Made by a program: the position numbers and the translations under genes. 64,000 nt of DNA. Source: an uncultured Candidatus Saccharibacteria bacterium. Its GTDB lineage: Bacteria > Patescibacteriota > Doudnabacteria > UBA920. Of the stretch, positions 43,560 to 53,367 are shown one piece after another. The stretch covers positions 142,392-206,391 of the forward strand of contig CAYTCJ010000001.1 of assembly GCA_964436545.1 (NCBI GenBank). Reading direction: 5' to 3'. Each line of letters begins with the position of its first letter. Within the stretch, counting starts at the first letter, position 1. The notes beneath the pieces were generated by a model that saw nothing but the letters and a program-made list of their open reading frames with translations, was not told where the DNA came from and did not search any database.

Positions 43560-44653
43560 TAATAGGTATTGAAGCCGAACGAGCCAACACTTCGCAAAAA
43601 ACCGGAGTGGAGCATTATGCAAAACAATTAATTCTTCATTTGGCCAAACTTGACACTATAAATACATATATCTTGTATTTAAGGACTGAGCCGGAAGAAT
43701 GGTTTTTAGCTTTGCCGAAAAATTTTAAAGTTAAGGTTATGCCTTTTCCCGTATTTTGGACCCAAATTCGGTTATCGTGGGAAATGTTTTTCCGCCCTCC
43801 GGATGTGCTATTTGTGCCGGCTTCCGCTTTGCCTTTGGTGCACCCTAAAAATTCCGTAATTACTATTCACGATGTGGCTTGGCGTTATTTTCCGGAAAGT
43901 TTTACCGCGTTTATGAAATGGTTTTTAGAGTGGTCCACTCAATTGGCAGTTAAGCGGGCCGGTAAAATTATTGCGGTTTCCGAAAGTACTAAAAAAGATA
44001 TTTTAAAATTTTATAGAGTTAATGATAGAAATATTCAAGTAATTTATCACGGTTACGAGACATCCTCCCCCCTAGAGGGAGAGGGGAGGGTGAGGGGGCT
44101 ACCCGAAAAATACGTTTTATTTTTATCCACGCTTCAACCGAGAAAAAATTTAGCCGGTTTAATTGATGCTTTTAAATTACTAAAAATTGAGCACCCGGAT
44201 TTGCCTCATAAGTTAGTGGTGGTGGGTAAAGCGGGCTGGAAGTATGAGAGTATCATACAAAAAATTAAAGCCAACTCAGACACTGTTATATACTTAAGTT
44301 ATGTGAGCGATGCAGACCGGTTAGCCGTATTGTCGCAAGCGGATTTGTTAGTTTTACCTTCTTTGTACGAAGGTTTTGGCATGCAAATTCTAGAAGCTTT
44401 TGCCTTGCAAGTGCCGGTAGTTTTATCTAACACTTCCAGTTTGCCCGAGGTGGCCGGCGAAGCTGGGCTGTATTTTGATCCAAAAAAACCTCAGGATATT
44501 AAGCAGGCAATTGCCAGTGTGTTATTTGATAAGTCGTTGGCGGAAAATTTAACCGCCAAAGGGAAGGCACGATTAAAATTATTTAGTTGGGAAAAGTGCG
44601 CCCAAGAAACTTTAAATATTTTTTTGTCATTCCGTCCGCCAGCTGGGGATTGA
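43556..44653 (+). CDS. family 4 (GT-B) glycosyltransferase
   Basis: C-terminal EGFGMQILEA motif (E-x7-E region). The stop codon lies inside a hairpin-element fragment. Confidence 0.88.
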   Translation: MIIGIEAERANTSQKTGVEHYAKQLILHLAKLDTINTYILYLRTEPEEWFLALPKNFKVKVMPFPVFWTQIRLSWEMFFRPPDVLFVPASALPLVHPKNSVITIHDVAWRYFPESFTAFMKWFLEWSTQLAVKRAGKIIAVSESTKKDILKFYRVNDRNIQVIYHGYETSSPLEGEGRVRGLPEKYVLFLSTLQPRKNLAGLIDAFKLLKIEHPDLPHKLVVVGKAGWKYESIIQKIKANSDTVIYLSYVSDADRLAVLSQADLLVLPSLYEGFGMQILEAFALQVPVVLSNTSSLPEVAGEAGLYFDPKKPQDIKQAIASVLFDKSLAENLTAKGKARLKLFSWEKCAQETLNIFLSFRPPAGD

Positions 44654-44671
44654 TCCGGAATCTATTCGCCT

Positions 44672-46234
44672 ATGCTAAAAGATTTACATCAGAAAATTAA
44701 AAATTTACCCAGACTCAGGTTGCTAATTATTCTATTTGCCATTTGGCAGTATGTTTGCATTGTTTGGCTGGCGCTTTTTCATTTACCCAAAGAATTTATT
44801 TGGTTGAATTTGGGTTTATTGTCCGGTTTTGTGGTGTTGGCGCCAATTTTTGAATCGTTATTACTGTTAACTCTTTCGTTGCCGTTTTTTGTAGTTTTAC
44901 CGCAAAATAATTTTGACACTTTGGCAATGTGGCGACCGTTGTTTGCTTTGGTTTTTTTAACTTGGTTAATTCGTGATTTGAAATTCAATTATAAAGCAAT
45001 TACTTTTTTACCTTGGGATAAATTTTTAGGTTGGTTTGTATTTGTGGGCTTAAGTGTAACTTTATTATTTGCGGAATTTCCCGGCCAAGGGTTTAAACAA
45101 ATAGTTTTTTGGTTAAACATTTATTGTTTTTATGTGGTGTTAATAAATGTCTTGCATACCAAACAACAGATTTTTGAATTTATTCGTTACTTAATTTGGT
45201 CTTTAACCATAATTGTGACTTTGGGCTTTACTCAGCTCATTGGCACCTTTTTAACCTCTTTGGATACATTTTGGGTATATTGGGCCAGTAATGTTACGAG
45301 TTTGTACTATGGTAAAAATTTTGCCGAGGTGGCGTTATACTCCAATTCTTGGTTTTCTTACGCTGGCGGAAGAGAGCTTAGAATGTTTTCCATAATGCCT
45401 GACTCGCAAAGTTTTGCTTATGTTTGTTTGTTTGGTCTGTGTATTGCGACGGCGTTAACTAACCATGTGTTCATTTACGTTAGAAAATGGCTATGGTCCG
45501 GAATTCGTTTTGCCGGGCTGGGTTTGATTTTATCCGGTACCCGCGCGGTTTGGGTAGGTATGCTCGTGCCTTTTTTGGTGGTGTTGTGGGGATACGCTAA
45601 AAATTTTCAAAAGCATTTGGCTAAAAAATTTATTTTACCTTTTGTCATTATTTTAGTATTATTTGCCATTTCGCCAATTATCAATCGGGGTTTGGGTTTA
45701 TTGAGGGTGGGTTATAAGGAAAATTTTATTACTCGGGTAAAAAGTATTTACGATTTAGAAGAGCCTTCCAATGCCGGCAGAATTCAAATTTGGAAGGAAA
45801 CTTTGGCGTTTGGCATCAAACATCCTTTGGGAGTGGGTTTTGGCAATTTTATTACCACGTTTGGATTGGCTACCCATGAGGAGTATGAGCAATTAGCCGG
45901 AGAAATTAACGAAAGATATAATTTGCCCAAGCGTTTTGTGAGCGCGCATAATTTATATTTACAAATTTTTATTGAAGCGGGAATTTTTGGGTTGGGTGTG
46001 TTTATGTGGTATGTTTATGGTATCTTTAATGCTTTTTGGCAGTTCGTGAAGTCATATAAAAAGCAGGAAGATTTTTTGGTTTATTTTGTAGCCGGTGCTT
46101 TAATTATGCTTCTGTGGGTTTTGGCTTCCGCGATTTTTGATGTCACTCTGCTTAATGACAAAGTTTTAATTTATTTTTTCACTTATATCGGCCTAGCCGG
46201 TATAATCGTTAAAAAATATCACGAATATGAATAA
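44672..46234 (+). CDS. O-antigen ligase/polymerase-like membrane protein
   Basis: 520 aa, multi-pass; Wzy_C-like loop (LSGTRAVWVG); glycan-cluster context. Confidence 0.7.
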   Translation: MLKDLHQKIKNLPRLRLLIILFAIWQYVCIVWLALFHLPKEFIWLNLGLLSGFVVLAPIFESLLLLTLSLPFFVVLPQNNFDTLAMWRPLFALVFLTWLIRDLKFNYKAITFLPWDKFLGWFVFVGLSVTLLFAEFPGQGFKQIVFWLNIYCFYVVLINVLHTKQQIFEFIRYLIWSLTIIVTLGFTQLIGTFLTSLDTFWVYWASNVTSLYYGKNFAEVALYSNSWFSYAGGRELRMFSIMPDSQSFAYVCLFGLCIATALTNHVFIYVRKWLWSGIRFAGLGLILSGTRAVWVGMLVPFLVVLWGYAKNFQKHLAKKFILPFVIILVLFAISPIINRGLGLLRVGYKENFITRVKSIYDLEEPSNAGRIQIWKETLAFGIKHPLGVGFGNFITTFGLATHEEYEQLAGEINERYNLPKRFVSAHNLYLQIFIEAGIFGLGVFMWYVYGIFNAFWQFVKSYKKQEDFLVYFVAGALIMLLWVLASAIFDVTLLNDKVLIYFFTYIGLAGIIVKKYHEYE

Positions 46235-46268
46235 GTAAGAATTTCTAAATTTCACCAACCATATTATT

Positions 46269-46712
46269 ATGCCTCAAAATCAATTTGAAAATCACAACCA
46301 CCAAATAACACTAATAAGGGAAAAAGCCAAATCAGATGTTTCTTTGGTTCTGTTAAGATTGGGTAACGACTATAATAGTTTACAAGCAAATAATGATATA
46401 AGTGCCCATCAAAAAACTATTATGCTTCAAACGATTACGTTGAGAAGCGTTGGGGAATTGTATAAAATTTACGAAACTAGAAATCGTGCTTTAAAAGCTT
46501 TGGGGATAGTAGATTTTGAAGATTTTCCAAATTTTATTAAATTAGAAGATTTACCTACCGGTATTTATGTAAGCGACTTTGAATTGGGAGGAATGTTAAA
46601 TGCATTTGACGAGGAAATAAGAAATAGGGGTGAAAATTTGGATCATAATCCGGGACTTGAAAAAGAATTTGATAAAGCTTTTGAAAAATGGCAAGAGAGC
46701 AAAAAAAATTAA
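46269..46712 (+). CDS. hypothetical protein (147 aa)
   Basis: ORF only; no family recognised. Confidence 0.5.
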   Translation: MPQNQFENHNHQITLIREKAKSDVSLVLLRLGNDYNSLQANNDISAHQKTIMLQTITLRSVGELYKIYETRNRALKALGIVDFEDFPNFIKLEDLPTGIYVSDFELGGMLNAFDEEIRNRGENLDHNPGLEKEFDKAFEKWQESKKN

Positions 46713-46715
46713 TCT

Positions 46716-47825
46716 ATGCCCAAAGTAATAATTATTCAAGTCATATATAATAACCGAAAATGGATTGAGCCGGTGTTTAGCGCGATTTTCAAGCAAACTT
46801 TTTCGGATTTTAAAGTGGTGGTAGTTATTGCAGGGAATGAAGATGGGAGTAAAGAATTGTTGTTAGAAAAATTTCCACAGGCCAAGTCCCGTACCGTGGA
46901 CGAATTTTTACAAAATTCGGACTCTGGTACTGGGATGGAAATAATTGACCCAGGCTATAACATTGGTTTTGCCAAGGGGCATAATTTGGTGTTTGAGAAA
47001 TACTGCAACCCCTCCCTTACCCTCCCCATAAAGGGGAGGGAAGAAGAAGGGGTGGAGTTTTTTCAACTAGTTAATCCAGATATGATTATGGAGCCTAATT
47101 ATATTGAGGAGATGTTAAAGGCTTTTAAAGATGAAACAGTGGGGGGAGCGACGGGCAAGCTTTTTAAAATAGCGAGTAGTGAAGAGAGAATAGAGAATAG
47201 AACAGAAAAGATTTTGGATACGACAGGTGTAATAATACAAAAATCCGGTAGGGCCTATGACAGAGGACAGCACGAAGTAGATAAGGGTCAGTATGATTCT
47301 GCTGTGCTGGTGGATGCAGTCTCTGGTGCTGGGGCAATGTATAGGAAAACAGCTTTAGAAGCTGTTAAATATCAAATTCTAAAAAATAAAAACCAAACAA
47401 ATTCCAAATCAATATTATCTACTACCCAACACGAATTTTTTGACGAAGATTTTCATTCTTATTGGGAAGATGTGGACTTAAGCTGGCGGATGAAAAACTT
47501 AGGCTGGAAAAATGTTTTTGTGCCAACTGCGGTGGGTTATCACGGCCGGACTGCCGGGTCATCGCAAGGTGGCTATTGGCGTTTAGTTGATTTTATTCGC
47601 CATCATCGCGCTTTGCCCTTACGCATTCGGCAGTTGAATTACCAAAACCATCTTTTAATGTATATAAAAAATTCACCTTATTTTTACCCGCAGTTTTTTA
47701 TTAGAGAAGTTTTTATGTTGTGTTATGTGTTAATTTTTGAAACCTCGGTTTTAAAAATTATACCCCAACTAATAAAATTACTTCCTCAAGTGTGGAAGAA
47801 AAGAAAATATTTTTATGAGAGATAA
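46716..47825 (+). CDS. family 2 glycosyltransferase with in-frame insertions
   Basis: GT2 pattern (VIIIQVIYNN, GFAKGHN, LVNPD, WEDVDLSWR). Confidence 0.82.
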   Translation: MPKVIIIQVIYNNRKWIEPVFSAIFKQTFSDFKVVVVIAGNEDGSKELLLEKFPQAKSRTVDEFLQNSDSGTGMEIIDPGYNIGFAKGHNLVFEKYCNPSLTLPIKGREEEGVEFFQLVNPDMIMEPNYIEEMLKAFKDETVGGATGKLFKIASSEERIENRTEKILDTTGVIIQKSGRAYDRGQHEVDKGQYDSAVLVDAVSGAGAMYRKTALEAVKYQILKNKNQTNSKSILSTTQHEFFDEDFHSYWEDVDLSWRMKNLGWKNVFVPTAVGYHGRTAGSSQGGYWRLVDFIRHHRALPLRIRQLNYQNHLLMYIKNSPYFYPQFFIREVFMLCYVLIFETSVLKIIPQLIKLLPQVWKKRKYFYER

Positions 47826-48549
47826 TTATTTTAAGGAATTGTATTCAAATACAAACACTTTTCATTCTTATCAAGATGTTAAAGAAGCAAAAAGTTATTC
47901 AGATATAGTACTGTCCGAAGTCCGCCTACCGAGTGACCCATTAATTTTAGATTGCGCATCAGGTGTAGGGTTTGAAGCAGAAGACTTAAGGGCTAAGTTT
48001 AGAGGTAAAGTAATTGAATTAGATATATCAACGAATGGTAGATCTGGAAAAGATAATCAAAAGTTTGTTCAAGCAGATATTAATGCCCTGCCTTTTCCCA
48101 ACAATCAGTTTGATTTTGTGCATATAAAAGATGCTTTAATTCATTGTGAGCCTGATAATTTTTTTTCTGAAGCGTCTAGAGTTTTAAAACCAGGAGGGCA
48201 GTTATTGGTTGTAGTTAATTGTGTCCCAGAAAATGGACCAAATAGAAAATATTTTACAGTAATTTCCGATGGAAAAATATTAAGTGAAGCGGGCTTTTCT
48301 GATTTAAATGATTTTATCAAAAGATCCTCAATAGCAAAAAATGTTTATAAACAAACAGGTTATAATTCTGTTGAGATTTCACCACCCTATTTTGCATATA
48401 GAGCAAGTGTATATAAAGAAAAAGCAAAACAATTTGGATTGGAGACAATACCCTTCTCAACGATTATTTGGCACCCAAGTTCAGGTGAAAGTAATTGGGG
48501 AAATTTTAAGAGAAATATTTTTCTTTTTAAAAAAAGTGTTGTGCAATAA
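47815..48549 (+). CDS. class I SAM-dependent methyltransferase
   Basis: Motif I LDCASGVG and a Methyltransf_11-like core (FDFVHIKDALIH ... LKPGGQLLVV). Confidence 0.8.
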   Translation: MRDNYFKELYSNTNTFHSYQDVKEAKSYSDIVLSEVRLPSDPLILDCASGVGFEAEDLRAKFRGKVIELDISTNGRSGKDNQKFVQADINALPFPNNQFDFVHIKDALIHCEPDNFFSEASRVLKPGGQLLVVVNCVPENGPNRKYFTVISDGKILSEAGFSDLNDFIKRSSIAKNVYKQTGYNSVEISPPYFAYRASVYKEKAKQFGLETIPFSTIIWHPSSGESNWGNFKRNIFLFKKSVVQ

Positions 48550-48556
48550 AATTACT

Positions 48557-49435
48557 ATGCATTTATCAATCATAATTTTATCGTATAATTCCCAAACCGA
48601 TTTGGAGCAATTATTGCCCAGTGTTTTTAGCAGTGAAGGGGTGGGGTTTAACCCTCACAGTAATAAGAGTTATCAAGCTGAGGTGATTGTGGTGGATAAT
48701 GGCTCAAAAGACGTTACGGTGGAGTATTTACAGACTGTTAATTTTCCATTAAAGACGATACTAAATACCAATACCGGTTTTGCTCATGGAAATAATTTAG
48801 GCATAAGGCAGGCAAAGGGGGATTATATTTTACTTTTAAACCCCGATACTAAATTAGAACCAAATACTTTACGAGTTATGCTGGAGTTTATGGAAAAAAA
48901 TCATGATGTGGGAATTGCGGGTTGTAAACTCATTAAGGCAGATGGGAGTTTGGATTTAGCTTGTCGGCGAAGATTTCCCAATCTTAAAAATGCATTTTAT
49001 AAATTATTTTTGGGGAATAACCGTGATTACAATTATACGGAAATTAACGAAGATCAGAGTATGGAAGTAGATAGTGTGGTGGGCGCATTTTTGTTAATTA
49101 GAAAATCAGTTATTGAAAAAATTGGCCTGTTAGACGAAACTTTTTTTATGTATGGGGAAGATTTAGACTGGTGTTGGCGCTGTAAGGCCTCGGGTAAAAA
49201 AGTTTGGTATTATCCTAAGGCGGTTTGCTACCACTACAAAGGCTCGTCTTCGGCCAAGGTTTCGTTTAAAGCTTTGGGCTGGTTTTACGAGGCTATGTGG
49301 ATTTTTTATAAAAAACACTATTTAGCTCAAAGTAATTGGGTAACGGGAGGATTAGTGTGGATAGCAATAAAAATTAGATATTTGACGGCCATAAGTATCA
49401 ATTGGTTTAGAAAAGAAAAATTTGTGAGCAAATAA
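48557..49435 (+). CDS. family 2 glycosyltransferase (rhamnosyltransferase-like)
   Basis: SIIILSYNS, VVDNGSKD, LLLNPD and GEDLDWCWR motifs. Start set at the ATG at 48557. Confidence 0.88.
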   Translation: MHLSIIILSYNSQTDLEQLLPSVFSSEGVGFNPHSNKSYQAEVIVVDNGSKDVTVEYLQTVNFPLKTILNTNTGFAHGNNLGIRQAKGDYILLLNPDTKLEPNTLRVMLEFMEKNHDVGIAGCKLIKADGSLDLACRRRFPNLKNAFYKLFLGNNRDYNYTEINEDQSMEVDSVVGAFLLIRKSVIEKIGLLDETFFMYGEDLDWCWRCKASGKKVWYYPKAVCYHYKGSSSAKVSFKALGWFYEAMWIFYKKHYLAQSNWVTGGLVWIAIKIRYLTAISINWFRKEKFVSK

Positions 49436-49477
49436 TAAATTATGGTATAGTAATTTAAGAATCATTAACAAAATATT

Positions 49478-50731
49478 ATGGAGAATGAACCAACAGATTT
49501 AACTCAAAATTTAGAAACTAAACAAAAGATTGCCAAACGCCGACAAGTGGTTTTGTGCATAATTCTGTTGATTTTAGCTTATCGCGTGGGCTACACTTCG
49601 GGCCAAAAGGGTTATGAATTTAATCCTAAAGCTTTTAAAATTGTCAATAAAAACGATACCACTCAAGTGGTGGATTACAATTTGCTTTGGGACACCTTAA
49701 AGGTGGTGGATAATAAATTTATAGAAAAGCACCCTAACCAAGAAGCTATTTTGTATGGCGCCATAAAAGGCGCGGTGGCCAGTTATGGCGACCCTTATAC
49801 CGCATTTTTTGAACCTAAAGAACTTACATCTTTTAAAACCGACTTAGCCGGAAGTTTCGATGGGATTGGCGCGGAAATTGGTAAAAAAGATGGCAATATT
49901 GTAATTGTGGCGCCGTTAGATGATATGCCGGCGCAAAAAGCGGGAATTTTGGCCAAAGATATTTTGTTAGAAGTTAATGGCGAATCGGTGGTTAACTGGT
50001 CGGTGGAAGAAGTGGTGAGTAAAATTAGAGGTCCCAAAGGCACGAAAGTAAAAATAAAAATTTTCCGCGAGGGGAAAACCGCACCTTTGGATTTTGAAAT
50101 TACCAGACAAAAAATTGAAATTAAGAGCGTTAAGCTGGAATTTAAAGAGCTGAACAATAAAAAATTAGCTGTGGTAAAAATTAATCGTTTTGGCGATGAT
50201 ACTTTAGGCTTAATGCAAAAAGCCGTAAATGATATTTTAGCCGGTGGGTCTGCCGGAATAATTTTGGATTTAAGAAATAATCCGGGCGGATATTTAACTA
50301 CCGCAGTAGATATTGCTTCGTTTTGGGTGGAGAATGGCTTAACCGTGGTGAGTGAAGAAAAAGCGAATGCCGAAGCGCAAAAACATTTAGCCGGTGGCAA
50401 CAACCGGTTAGCTAAAATTCCCACTGTGGTGTTAATTAATGGCGGGAGTGCTTCGGCTTCGGAAATTTTAGCCGGTGCCTTGCAAGATTATAATTTGGCC
50501 AAATTAGTGGGTGAAAAATCTTTTGGCAAAGGCAGTGTGCAAGAACTTATCGATTTACAAAAAGGCACTGCGGTTAAGGTTACGGTAGCTAAGTGGATTA
50601 CGCCTAACGGTAAAAATTTAAATAAGGAAGGTTTACACCCTAACGTAGAAGTAAAATTGACCGATGAAGACATAAAGGCCGATAAAGATCCGCAAATGGA
50701 CGAAGCTACCAAACTAATTACAAATAACTAA
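49478..50731 (+). CDS. ctpA: carboxy-terminal processing protease (S41) with PDZ domain
   Basis: GIGAEIG, PDZ segment, LDLRNNPGGYL and INGGSASASEILAGALQD motifs. Confidence 0.92.
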   Translation: MENEPTDLTQNLETKQKIAKRRQVVLCIILLILAYRVGYTSGQKGYEFNPKAFKIVNKNDTTQVVDYNLLWDTLKVVDNKFIEKHPNQEAILYGAIKGAVASYGDPYTAFFEPKELTSFKTDLAGSFDGIGAEIGKKDGNIVIVAPLDDMPAQKAGILAKDILLEVNGESVVNWSVEEVVSKIRGPKGTKVKIKIFREGKTAPLDFEITRQKIEIKSVKLEFKELNNKKLAVVKINRFGDDTLGLMQKAVNDILAGGSAGIILDLRNNPGGYLTTAVDIASFWVENGLTVVSEEKANAEAQKHLAGGNNRLAKIPTVVLINGGSASASEILAGALQDYNLAKLVGEKSFGKGSVQELIDLQKGTAVKVTVAKWITPNGKNLNKEGLHPNVEVKLTDEDIKADKDPQMDEATKLITNN

Positions 50732-50747
50732 TATCTATAAATAATAT

Positions 50748-51068
50748 ATGAATTACTGGAAAAAGCCGGAAAAGCCTCAGTTGCCAGAAATGTATGGCTT
50801 TAGGGCGACAGAAAGAGTGTATATAAAAGGCAATCCTAAAGAGGTGTATCAGGTATGTAATTTTGTTAATGGTTTAGTGGTATTATTGCGGATATCGCCA
50901 GAAACTGTAGATAACCCATTGCATCAAAGACAATTTTCAAAAGAAACATTCAGAGCTCGACCAGAAGATATGATTAGTTATGATAAAGATACAAAGCGAG
51001 ATGAATTAGTTGATAAAATATTAGATGCAAAAGACAAATTAGATGCAACAAAAAGAAAAAAACTTTAA
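50748..51068 (+). CDS. hypothetical protein (106 aa)
   Basis: ORF only. Confidence 0.45.
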   Translation: MNYWKKPEKPQLPEMYGFRATERVYIKGNPKEVYQVCNFVNGLVVLLRISPETVDNPLHQRQFSKETFRARPEDMISYDKDTKRDELVDKILDAKDKLDATKRKKL

Positions 51069-51101
51069 AGGTTATAAAAAAGGTTGCTGATTAAATTTCT
51101 T

Positions 51102-52898
51102 ATGAAAATTACCGCACAGGAATTAAGAACTAAATATCTGGAATTCTTTCAAACTAAAGGGCATACCATTATTCCTTCGGCGTCTTTAGTGCCGGCCAAT
51201 GATTCTTCGGTGTTATTTACCACAGCCGGTATGCATCCGTTGGTGCCATATTTATTGGGCGAACCTCACCCGGGCGGAAAGCGAGTGGCCAATGTGCAAA
51301 AATGTGTTCGAACGGGCGACATAGACGAAGTGGGTGACGAAACTCACAATACTTTTTTTGAAATGCTGGGTAATTGGAGTTTTGGAGATTATTTTAAACA
51401 AGAAGCCATAGCGTGGAGCTTTGAATTTTTAACTGACCCGAAATGGCTTGGACTCCCGTTAAATCGACTAGCTTTTACCTGTTTTGCAGGCGATGAAGAT
51501 GCGCCCAAAGATACTCAATCAGCCGAAATTTGGAAAAGCTTGGGTGTGCCGGAAACACGTATTTCATTTTTACCTAAAGAAAAAAATTGGTGGATTGCGG
51601 GCGAAACCGGACCTTGTGGGCCTGATACCGAAATGCATTATTGGATAGACGATGGCACACCGGCGCCGGATAGTTATGATCCCAACGAACCGCGTTGGGT
51701 GGAAATTTGGAATGATGTGTTTATGCAGTTTGAAAAAATGGCAGATGGCACATTAGTCCCATTAAAAAAACCGAATGTAGATACGGGTTTGGGTTTAGAT
51801 AGAGTATTGGCGGTATTAAACGGCCAAAAGAGCGTGTATGATACCGATTTGTTTAAGCCCATGTGGGAAGTGATTGGACTTCAAAATGAAATCTTAAGTC
51901 ATGGTGAAATTAAAAAAGCGCGCATTATTTTAGACCATATTCGCGCCAGTGTGTTTATTGTGAGCGATGGCGTTGAGCCTTCTAACAAAGACCGCGGTTA
52001 TGTTTTAAGACGACTATTAAGAAGAAGTTTGGTCATGGGTAAATTATTAAATATAAAAGGTGAATGGCTAAAAGCTTTAGTCGGACAGGTAATTTTTACC
52101 TATGCTTCACCTTATACCGAACTTAGAGATAACAGCGAAAGAATCTTTAACATTATTGAGGCGGAAAAAAACAAATTTGAAGTCACCTTGGAAAAAGGGC
52201 TGAAGCAATTAGAATTAGGAATTAAGAATTATGAATTAGGAATTACGGGAAAAATTGCTTTTGACTTGTATCAGACATATGGTTTTCCCAAAGAACTTAC
52301 CAAAGAATTGGCAGTACAATCCGGTCAAATTTTTGATGAAGCAAAAGAATTGGAATATAATCAAGAATTTAAAAAGCACCAAGAGCTCTCCAGAACCGCC
52401 AGTGCGGGACAGTTTAAAGGGGGACTAGCCAGTCATAGTGATAAAATTGTGCGCTTGCATACCGCTACTCATTTGTTAAATGCCGGTTTAAGGCAAGTTT
52501 TAGGCGATAAGGTGTGGCAAAAGGGGAGTAATATTACGGAAGAACGCACTCGATTTGATTTTACTCACGATAAAAAATTAACCCCCGAAGAAATTTTGGC
52601 TGTGGAAAGTTTAGTGAATGATTGGATAGCCAGAGATTTAAAAGTTAAAAGAGAAGTTATGCCTTTAGAAAAAGCTAGGGAACTGGGTGCCATTGGTGTA
52701 TTTGGCGAAAAGTATGCGAGTGAAGTGTCTATTTATACAGTTTACGATGCCAATTCAGGCGAAATTGTCAGTCGGGAATTTTGTGGGGGTCCGCATGTGG
52801 AGCACACAGGCAGTATTGGGCATTTTAAAATCCAAAAAGAAGAAGCTTCCTCGGCTGGGGTAAGGCGAATTAAAGGTGTAATACAGGATAAAGGCTAA
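51102..52898 (+). CDS. alaS: alanyl-tRNA synthetase, short form lacking the C-terminal C-Ala domain
   Basis: FTTAGMHP, FFEMLGNWSFGDYFK, and editing-domain HTATHLL...CGGPHV. About 599 aa from the ATG at 51102. Confidence 0.92.
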   Translation: MKITAQELRTKYLEFFQTKGHTIIPSASLVPANDSSVLFTTAGMHPLVPYLLGEPHPGGKRVANVQKCVRTGDIDEVGDETHNTFFEMLGNWSFGDYFKQEAIAWSFEFLTDPKWLGLPLNRLAFTCFAGDEDAPKDTQSAEIWKSLGVPETRISFLPKEKNWWIAGETGPCGPDTEMHYWIDDGTPAPDSYDPNEPRWVEIWNDVFMQFEKMADGTLVPLKKPNVDTGLGLDRVLAVLNGQKSVYDTDLFKPMWEVIGLQNEILSHGEIKKARIILDHIRASVFIVSDGVEPSNKDRGYVLRRLLRRSLVMGKLLNIKGEWLKALVGQVIFTYASPYTELRDNSERIFNIIEAEKNKFEVTLEKGLKQLELGIKNYELGITGKIAFDLYQTYGFPKELTKELAVQSGQIFDEAKELEYNQEFKKHQELSRTASAGQFKGGLASHSDKIVRLHTATHLLNAGLRQVLGDKVWQKGSNITEERTRFDFTHDKKLTPEEILAVESLVNDWIARDLKVKREVMPLEKARELGAIGVFGEKYASEVSIYTVYDANSGEIVSREFCGGPHVEHTGSIGHFKIQKEEASSAGVRRIKGVIQDKG

Positions 52899-53009
52899 GT
52901 ATTTAGGGTTAAGGTTTAAGAAAAAATGATTGTCTTATTCCTCCCAAAAAAATAAATAAGGATACAATGTAATTTTTATTGAGCGGTTTTTGGTAGAAAT
53001 TTTAAATCT

Positions 53010-53366
53010 ATGGCTGAATATCCAATAAATCCCGAAGTTTGGGCAGAAAATTTTTTTACCGCAGAGGTAGTTGATGCTGATGATCCGAAGTCACTAATAA
53101 AAAGAACCAGGTTTATAATAACCGAAACAGGTAAAATACTTATTGGTTATCAACATAGTGACATTATAAAATTTGGCGGTGCCACTGTATTCTCTAATTT
53201 AGATGGAGTTTACAAGTATCATCTTATAGATGAAAAAAATAAAATTATGTTTTATAAAGATGATGCTGGAATAAAGCAATTATTTAATTTTCAATTAAGT
53301 GATGCTGACATAGAGATAGTTAAAAAAGTGATTGCAAGAAAAATTAAAGCTGTGCTTGGATACTAA
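53010..53366 (+). CDS. hypothetical protein (118 aa)
   Basis: ORF only. Confidence 0.45.
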   Translation: MAEYPINPEVWAENFFTAEVVDADDPKSLIKRTRFIITETGKILIGYQHSDIIKFGGATVFSNLDGVYKYHLIDEKNKIMFYKDDAGIKQLFNFQLSDADIEIVKKVIARKIKAVLGY

Positions 53367-53367
53367 T

